Origin: Octopus sinensis
Lineage: Eukaryota
Direction of reading: 5' to 3'
DNA length: 64,000 nt
Assembly (NCBI RefSeq): GCF_006345805.1
Contig: NC_043006.1
Location: 91,946,001-92,010,000, forward strand
The translations under genes and the position numbers were made by a program. Position 1 is the stretch's first letter, and each line of letters opens with the position of its first letter. A model generated the notes under the pieces. That model worked only from the letters and a program-made list of their open reading frames with translations. It was not told the DNA's origin and made no database searches. Shown piece by piece: positions 54,396 to 64,000 of the stretch.

Positions 54396-55311
54396 TCTAC
54401 ATATATAAAACTCAACTTGTGTGTCTGTGTGTGTATCTGTGTGTGTGTCTGTATGTTTAACTTTCCGGCACATCTCCTCCTGGCCAACAAATCGTAGAAC
54501 CACCAAAAATGTGTCACTTAAAGTTTAGGCGAATGAAAATTGAACTGCACCATTTCTGTTCCGAAATTCATCTCGCAAGTGCAAAAATCGATAATGTGTT
54601 TGTTTAGGCCTTATCCCATGCATTGAATAGTGAACTTTACTCAGTCAGCTGTTTGACGTGAAATGTGTTCACCACGCGTGCAAGCATGCGTAAATTGCAT
54701 GAAAAGTAAAAAATCAAGATATAAAAACGAATCGCCGTAAACATTGTAGAAATTCGGCAAAGAAATGAATTTTCGGGATGTAACCGGGAGGGTTTTTTCG
54801 TATTAATCGTTTGGACTTTGTGAACACATACCAATTGTTTTCATAACATTTTTAACGCTTTGAATTAAACGTGACCATTTTGCGTTGAGTCTGCAGTTTG
54901 AATCACTTTAACCATATTTTAGCAGGCCGGATTTTTGATCATCACGATACATAGCCAGCAACTCCCTGAAACTCTCCCCTGAAATCTCCGTTGAGAAATA
55001 GTGATCTAAAAGATTAATTCAACAATGCAATTATTTGATCAACAAAAATTTATGAAACGCTTCTACGTACTTCCTATTGAGGAAATGGAACACATAAGCG
55101 CAAAAATAGAGGGCATTAAATGCTTGATTTTAAAACCAAAATAATTGAATTTTGATTGAACTTCATCCAAGTTTAGCTTAATTTGCGTGTGAATAGAACG
55201 CACGAGCGCACGTACGTACATTGTGTAAGAAAGTATTGATTTTGCACTCGCAGATTAATCGATTTTCCTCAGTGCGATTAATAGTCACACAAAGCCGGGC
55301 AATACTGCTAG
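54396..55311 (+). mobile_element. Non-autonomous Helitron
   Basis: A|TCTACATATATAAAACTC...(TG)n...GCCGGGCAATACTGCTAG|T: 5' TC, 3' CTAG, inserted in AT with no TSD. Confidence 0.85.
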
Positions 55312-55343
55312 TATATCTATATACTATATTTGTATCGTTTAAA

Positions 55344-55672
55344 GGCGCATGGCTCAGTGGTTAGAGCGTCGAGCTTACGATCGTGAGGTTGTGTGCTCGA
55401 ATCCCGGACCGGGCTGCGTGTTGTGTTCTTGAGCAAGGCACTTTATTTCACGTTGCTCCAGTTCACTCAGCTGTAGAAATGAGTTGCGACGTCACTGGTG
55501 CCAAGCTGTATCGACCTTTGTCTTTCCCTTGGATAACACTGGTGGCGTGGAGAGGGGAGGCTGGTATGCATGGGCGACTGCTGGTCTTCCATAAACAACC
55601 TTGCCCGGACTTGTGTTTAGGAGGGTAACTTTCTAGGTGCAATCCCATGGTCATTCATGACCGAAGGGGGTC
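55344..55672 (+). mobile_element. tRNA-derived SINE (family S2 head and core, different tail)
   Basis: A box TGGCTCAGTGG, B box-like GCTCGAATCC, core GTGTTCTTGAGCAAGGCACTTTATTTCACGTTGCTCCAGTTCACTCAGCTG. Confidence 0.88.
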
Positions 55673-56290
55673 TTTATTTTTATATTTGTATGTATATGTA
55701 TACACACACACACACATATTTATTTTATTCATACATGTATATATGAATAGGTGCGTGTGCATGTAGCCGTGTATGTATTTATATATGTAAGCATATATGT
55801 AATTCTATTTCTCATATACTTATGCATTTATATATGTGCCATTCATTCTGGCTACTGTGGAGGGAGGTCACTTTTGAGGCCTTCGACCCTCTACTCTTGT
55901 ATAAGGTAATGGATTCGGACACATTCATTGCATATGTAACTCCTGCTATTAATGATCCGATACCCCATTCCAAACTCCCTACTGAGACATAAGTTTCATA
56001 AACTACAAAACATAAATATCCACACTATCACACTTGAAACATACCTGTTATAACTCTTTATCTCGATTCAAATGAACGTGAAGGTATTTAGAATGCTCTA
56101 ACTTATTTCTGCAAATGAGCTTAGCACGGATGCTGATCATAGTTTAAACAATAAGCGTAGGAGTGAGATAAATGCAGTATAAACAGAAGGTTCAGTGGGG
56201 CCAGATTAATTTTGATGTATGATACTTGTTCCTGTGTTGGTAATTATACCTGTCCTAATCAAAATGGCATTACTTTTTGACTCAACCTCG

Positions 56291-56322
<32 letters not shown>

Positions 56323-57217
56323 CATACATACATACATACATACATACATACACACATACTGATATATATATATATATATATATATGTTTATATATTCCTG
56401 ATACTCGTTGGTGTCAAGGTTATTTATTGTTGCACATGCATTAATAATCATAAGTAATGCAGAATTTGTATTTCTGCAAAATGAATCCTTTCCATAGACA
56501 ATGGATAATAAATACAACCAAAACAACAAAAGGCATCACTGACAGGAAGTACTGAAAAAACAAGAAAGTTTCATTTTCCAGCTGTTTCGAGAAACAAAAC
56601 TAATTTTACTCGTTACCCACGAAACACTTCAATTCAATGCAAAGTGAAGAAATCACGAGGAGATAATTGTAAGAATAGAAACACTGAAACGCGCTCTTTG
56701 AATAAGAGTAAACGAATTGTGTAGCAGTAGTATTGTGGCGTAAAAGAAAACACAGTTCTTTAGAAACAGAAAACATTTAACCCTCAAAAGGGAAATACCA
56801 CGGCACACTCAAAGCACGCATGAAATAGGCAAGATAAGGACGGGCATATCGATATCACATAAGCTACATTAAATAAGCCTTCATATATTTAATGAATTAT
56901 CAATAAGTTCGATGTACCAATAATTAACAAGAACACATATCTTAAATTCCCTACAGTATAAAAGTTTTGAGATAGAGTACCAGGCATTCTAATCATCAAA
57001 TGACAACGTAGCATCGCGTGGGTTGCAGCAGCATCTAGGATAATTGACTGCTTAAGATTGCTGCGTCCAAATTCCTGCAGAATTACCGAGAAAGAAAGGA
57101 TCGATACTAATTACTACCCTTGTGTGTTTGTGTATATATATATACATACATACATACACACACAAATACATACATACACACATACATACATATACAAACC
57201 TATATTCATATATATAT

Positions 57218-57263
<46 letters not shown>

Positions 57264-57311
57264 TACATATATACATATACATACATATACATACCTATAT
57301 TCATATATATA

Positions 57312-57378
<67 letters not shown>

Positions 57379-58359
57379 AAGATATATATTTATACATACA
57401 TACATACATATATACATACAAAGTTACTGCACGAAGCAACTTCATTGGTCGCATTTTCTGAATTTCAGTCTCATGAACACTGCATTACACTTCTTGGATT
57501 ACTACGTGGTCTGATAGCCGAATCCGTTGGAGGAGCTTTCTGTCATAAACACACTATTCTCTGAATCCACATCTTATACTCTAATAGTATATATATATTA
57601 TATATAATATAACAATCGTCTCTTGGTCAAATTCAACCATTTCCCCCACATGCTGTGTCTATCAGCGGCTGTAGTAATAATTTAGTTGTTAGTTTCATAG
57701 TAATGTTCAGCAGAACGTTAACGATTTCTCTGCTAATCTATACTAACACTTGCACCCAATTAACCAACAGTCCGCGATGCGAAAGGAGTTGCGAAGAAAG
57801 TCTTCTCTTTTATTTCCTTAGCGATCGCTATGTAACGCATATCCTTTCTACGCCTAGCCACATGCAGCGTTAGTAAATATAATCTACACGCTACTCATTA
57901 TTAAATTGGTTAACATACTTTTCCAGTCGGTTCATAAACGAAGTGCAAACAGATACAAAAACACCATTATCACACATAAACATTGAGAGGGACACACAGA
58001 CATACGAACACGTAAGCAGCGCTAGATTCATGAAAATATAGATATAATTAATTTATTTATGTCCTCGAGTCTATGCGTGTTTGTACGAACGTATGAATAC
58101 ACTAGCATTTCTCTAAAAATAAGGTAAGATTTCAAATAGAGAGGAGACAACAGAGGAAATCCAATTATTATTTCTCCGAATATACTCTGTCTGTCGGTCT
58201 GACTGTCTGTCTCTCTCCCGGTGTATATATATATGTATATATGTGGCTAATAAAGAAACACACACTCACACACACATACATATATATACATACATAATAC
58301 AGATGTATATACTCACATATTTATAAATATACATGTGTGTTTATATGTGTGTCTGTGCG

Positions 58360-58390
<31 letters not shown>

Positions 58391-58721
58391 TGTGGTGTGT
58401 GTGTGTGTGTACACTCATTGTACTTTGCAGAACTAAAAACATTTCTTGCTATGTATTTCATGTCTTTGAAAAACAACAGATTTGAAGACTTGTACTTCAG
58501 CTCTGCTTTTCTCTTTTCTATCTTCCATTCCATCATATTTTTATCGACTTCCATCAGCCTGTTTGTCTCTCTGTCTTTCTATCTATTTCTCTATCTCAAT
58601 ACACTTTCTCACCCAAACACACACAAATATAGTGTGTGTGTGTGTGTGTGTGTTTGTGCCTGTCCGTCTCTATTTCCTTTTTTCTTCTCTCTTATACTCG
58701 CTGCTTATGCATGTATGTATG

Positions 58722-59343
<622 letters not shown>

Positions 59344-59437
59344 AGAGAAACAACTGGGGTTTACCCAAACTACCTTCCTACCTGTATACCTACCTACTTA
59401 CCTATCTATCTACCCACCTACCTGCCTGCCAGTCTAC

Positions 59438-59502
<65 letters not shown>

Positions 59503-59963
59503 GTGCAATATAAGGATTCATAGAATCATGCAGCTATCACTGAAAGCTCCTGTAACAGACTACATACCAATCCAATACGAAAGGGCACACTTCAGACTAC
59601 TATGTAGCTGAAATTCATGAGATCCGACCGATGAAATAATTTCATCAGGAGTATATATCTCATAAAATGTCAGCGTGTATCAGAGGTAAATATATTTATT
59701 GAACCACTTTTCATCTTTAGATTTATGACCGTGTTTTCAAGTTCATCATTTAATAATAAGTTCAGTGTATAGTAAATAATGTGTACATGGCTGCTCTAAT
59801 ATGCATGCTAAGCATTATACAAACAATGCATATGAAGAAATCTAGCTCATCAAATCACCAGAATATTCCAGCAGTGCTTCAGCTCTCTCCCTCTCTCTCT
59901 CTCGACACGCACACATACATTTGCATACATATATATATATATATAGCAAGAGAGAGAGAGAGT

Positions 59964-60017
<54 letters not shown>

Positions 60018-62469
60018 CACGTAGATGCACATGTGTGTGTGTGTTTGCCTATTTTGGTGCCGACGTATGTGTTATGTGTGTAGAGATTATTAATTAATTC
60101 ATCGTAAGGCTTAACCATATCTTACCATATTTACTCCAAATCAATACCGGGCCCACAAGAGAACATGTGGCATTTTTTTAACTGTAATTCTTTCCTATTT
60201 ACTTACAAGACACAAAGTATTTTAACTTGATCTTTCCGCAGTGATGAAAGTTCTTATATAAACAGTATGACTGACATGGAAATGGCTTGCTTCTAAATGA
60301 AATGACGCTAAAATTACATTGAAATCATGTCGAATTAAAAGTTTTGAAAATGCTAAAATTCCACGTTGTGTCTACATTGTAATAACATCAAAACTAATCG
60401 AGAGTAAATCTGATAAATTCTGGAATTGTCGTACCCGAGATCGGGATTAGAAAATATTTGTTAAATTTTATTCTGTACAAGCAAGCATAGTGAAATTAAT
60501 TACATTAATCAAGTAGTAGGGAACAAGAACAAAAAAAGTGATCGCTGTTTAAGAAAGTAATAGACAACAGGCTATAATGTACCTGCTACCAAAAAAGAAA
60601 ATCTAGATAGAAAAAGATCCAGGAACATTTCCCAGTTATAATTATCAGGGATAAGGGTGAAATGTTCTGAACATTGATAGACAGTTTGGTCTTTGAAGAA
60701 AATAATGCTAGAGTGGATGTCGGGAAATGTCGAAGTGAAAAGAACTGATATAATTAGTGTGGACATTTAAGTTTCAATCTGGATAATAATCGCTGTAATA
60801 AAGAACATGTTCAAAACAGGTACGAATAGAGGAAATCGCATCTACCACCAAAACAATAATTATGATTTCTACTAAAGAATACAAAATGACTGATGAAGAA
60901 CTCTCCCGATGAACAAGGAAGTATTAGAAAAGACAAATATTGATCCGTTGTCATCCAGTCTCTCTAATAAAATAAATGCTGACCACAAAGCGTTTTTTAG
61001 AGGCAGAGAATGAAGGTTTTGGCAAAGAATAAGCGGTGTGAAACAAAGGAAACTTGTGGTCTACACTCCCATCGACTCTGAGGTGATAATGCGTAAATTG
61101 GAAATGGGCAGGGTTTGAACTTGGAGTGTATAGAGGAAAGAGGCCAAGTATTACATCTTATTTTATATGAGACTCTAACAACTCCGCCAATTCGCTGGTT
61201 GTCTGTTAAGTGTTTTCTGTATGAGAGAAAACACGAGACGCTGATTAAATACTAGCAAGTTTATAGTCGTAACCAAAAACATAATTAAATATAGTTTTCA
61301 TAAATTATATCATAATTGAGAGTAAATGTTTAACAAGTTTTAATCAAGTTTCGAAATATGATTATTTCAAGTCTGTTTTAACATTTGCAATCGTAATGAT
61401 ATTTAGAATTTTGTTTTGACCAACGTTTTAGTGTATTAAACACATCTAATCAATTTTAGAAATTTCTATGAATTTTGAAGTCAATTTTGGAATGTTTCTT
61501 ATTTTAAAATGTTTGACAGAAGCACATGTTGAGACAGCTTCATGTTATTTGCTTTCTCTTCAATTTTCAAATGAAAACTATAGTCAGAAATAATAAAAAA
61601 AACAATAAAGTTGCAATAAAAGAATATAAAATTGTTATGCGAATCATTAAATTATATTTCTCAGTTGTTTAAGCTGCACAAAAGTTTTCCATTAATTATC
61701 GAATTATCACATGCAGAAAACTACGTTCATATGCCCATATGTACTCATTGCCTCCTACACACACACAACGGCAATACAAAACAACATATATATATATAGT
61801 GTGTGTGCTTGTATGAATGTATGTACACACACATGAGTACATCTTTTTATTCCACTTGAGGAAAATATTTGTGAAACCTCTCACAGAAACACAAAAACAA
61901 GTATCTGACATTTCGCACAATAAAAATGTTCGGGGTCTTTATTTTTTATTTTTCTCTCTTTCATCTGTCAATAATTGTAAGAGAGAAAAAAAGAAAGAAA
62001 ATAGTTTACATTGACAGTTTAAGAATGATAAAATTAATGACATTTTTAATCATTTCTGCAATAACACCGACTTTTAAAATCCATGACACATATTTAGAGC
62101 GATAAAGAAGCGAGACAGTTATGAAAAACGTCAACTACATTTGTCCCTTCCTGTGGCAACATGGATAAAGTTTTGGAGAAAGATGAGGAAGCGTAAATAT
62201 TTAGGCTGGGTAATTGATAGATACGATTACTGCATTGAAAGCATGAAACAAATCAAGAGATCATGTTGTAATGTTGTATTGCAACTGGGATGACTGAAGA
62301 AGGCTAATGAAGATTGTCAGTGAAACAACTGCTACAAGAATACTGCTGCAACTGTATAACTCTGCTGGAGCAGCTCTGGTATAAGGGTCATAAAACTATA
62401 GCTGGATCACCTCTGCTATAACTTTGCTGGAACAATACGCAACAGCAGAAGCATTGCAAATACGCCTTT

Positions 62470-62630
62470 TGTCTTTTACTTGTTTTAGTCATGAGACTGC
62501 GGCCATGCCGAGCTGGACCAACGCCTTGAAGAATTCTAGTCGAAGGATCGACCCCAGTCTTGTTTTTGTTTTAGCCCGGTACTTACTCTATAAGTTACTT
62601 TCGCTGAACTAAGTTACTGGGACGTAAATA
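62470..62630 (-). mobile_element. SINE family S1 tail
   Basis: TCTTTTACTTGTTTTAGTCAT..ACTGCGGCCATG..TCGACCCCAG..CTAAGTTAC.GGGACGTAAA. Confidence 0.7.
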
Positions 62631-62899
62631 CACACACACACACACACATATACATATATACATACACACACATGCACACACACATATATACACACACAAA
62701 TAAAATTTACATATCTCATTAAAGGATGATAAAATCAAATGAAAATACTGGTTAGTTACCTATTCAAAAAGTGTTGAACATTATAATTAATATTCAACTG
62801 TAACAAAAGTAGATAAACTGTGGTTTATATATATTTTAAGAAGATAAGAAGATAGAGAGATAATTAATTACTATTTATTAATAAAATATTATTCATCGT

Positions 62900-62982
62900 C
62901 TCTGACAGCTGTTTCGATTGCAGATCTTTGGAAATTAATTACCATAATTAAAACCATTTAAAAGTAGAATTTCATCAGAGTT
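62900..62982 (-). ncRNA. Minimal type I hammerhead ribozyme (weak stem I)
   Basis: Minus: AACT-CTGATGA-AATT...AATC-GAAAC-AGCT-GTC-AGAG. The core and GUC triplet are intact; stem I has only 2 clear pairs. Confidence 0.65.
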
Positions 62983-63054
62983 GGCTAAAGATATACAATT
63001 AGATGTTCCTATTCCTGCTTCTTGAGTATATGGCTCCAAACCGTTAACTGATAA

Positions 63055-63094
<40 letters not shown>

Positions 63095-64000
63095 GGTATA
63101 AACCTTACAAAGAGAAGGAAGGTAGAATATTTATTGGAGTTATAATACAAGTAAGAATAGAACAATATATCATTCTAGGGTGTTAAATAAAAGAAAATGC
63201 GAAAGTAGGTGTATGAGTATAATTGCAATATATTACAATGTATTAAGCACCAATACTAATGCTGCAGATAAGCAGTGCGTAAATTAGTATTAGTAAACTG
63301 ATAAGGGAATAAAATAGAAATTAAAAATTAAAAAATAAAGTATAAATTAGATTAAAAATAAGGGGGAAATCCATAAAATAGCTGATAATTAAAGATTAAA
63401 TGTGTATGCAATCAAAAGAATGACTATAGTTAACGGTGGATTCTTTTGGGTCGATCATAATGCAATATAATTAGATAATATACACGGGAAAATTCAAAAA
63501 CCCTAAAATAAAACAAAATAAGTTAATAGCATAAGATATTGTATGTTATTGCGTAGTTAAGTGGTAGCTTTTTCTTTCTCTCATTCATTAATTTCAGTAA
63601 TCTGTTTTGATTTGGTTCCAGTAATGTATTAATTTATTATCTCCCCTTGTCTATCAACTTTTATTTATGCCTGTCCATATACATGTGTTTCATAACTACA
63701 TTGTATTTCTGACTGAAGTATATATTTGTTCCTCGCATCCACTGGCTCTATATTGATATATTAATATAGGAGATAACAATATATTAATATATTTATATTG
63801 TATCATGCTTTAATTATCCTCTGGCTAAATATTTAAGTACAGAGATATTTCTTAAATTACCTCCTTTTGAATTGTCTTTCTCTCTTAACCCATTAAATCC
63901 CAGAGTATTTACATTTCTGAATATTATTTAAAAAATTTTACAAATGATTGAAAATAGGTTTTTAAAAAAACGTTTAAAACTCCTTTACTTCAAGTAGAAA

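Noticed and set aside
55344-55412. tRNA gene-like heads (also at ~38270-38338 and ~26715-26789)
   Set aside because: They continue into SINE core and tail and have imperfect cloverleafs, so they are SINE heads rather than tRNAs.
56570-56592. Minus-strand GAAAC-AGCT-GGA half motif (similar half at ~35178-35191)
   Set aside because: The 5' core half is missing; at most a truncated PLE remnant.
59610-60930. Isolated CTGATGA boxes at ~59642(-) and ~60890(+)
   Set aside because: No downstream GAAA and stem III in register.
62291-62340. CTGAAGA...GAAAC-AACT-GCT
   Set aside because: Triplet and stems are broken; it cannot be told from chance without a family consensus.

Overview
This is AT-rich eukaryotic non-coding DNA saturated with microsatellites and transposon remnants. 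The repeat families and microsatellite load look like an octopus/coleoid cephalopod genome, which is an inference from recall and not a database result. No intact host gene is supportable, and nearly all listed ORFs are translations of (TA)n/(CA)n/(TACA)n/(TAA)n tracts. Recognisable content: (1) two R4/Dong-type restriction-like-endonuclease (RLE) LINE families, one always in (TAA)n and one beside (TACA)n; (2) many Penelope-like (PLE) remnants with inverted and tandem pseudo-LTR segments and GIY-YIG C-termini; (3) seven well-formed and several degenerate minimal type I hammerhead ribozyme motifs with palindromic stem III, on both strands; (4) non-autonomous Helitrons, one with three stacked 5' ends and one carrying a LINE ORF1-like fragment; (5) an internally deleted mariner; (6) several tRNA-derived SINE families. 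The best candidates for something new are the dense and diverse hammerhead set, ORF-less hammerhead-bearing tandem elements (retrozyme-like), and a conserved hammerhead-like fold in the 3' UTR of the (TACA)n-associated LINE. All alignments, folds and coordinates were done by eye, so boundaries are approximate.
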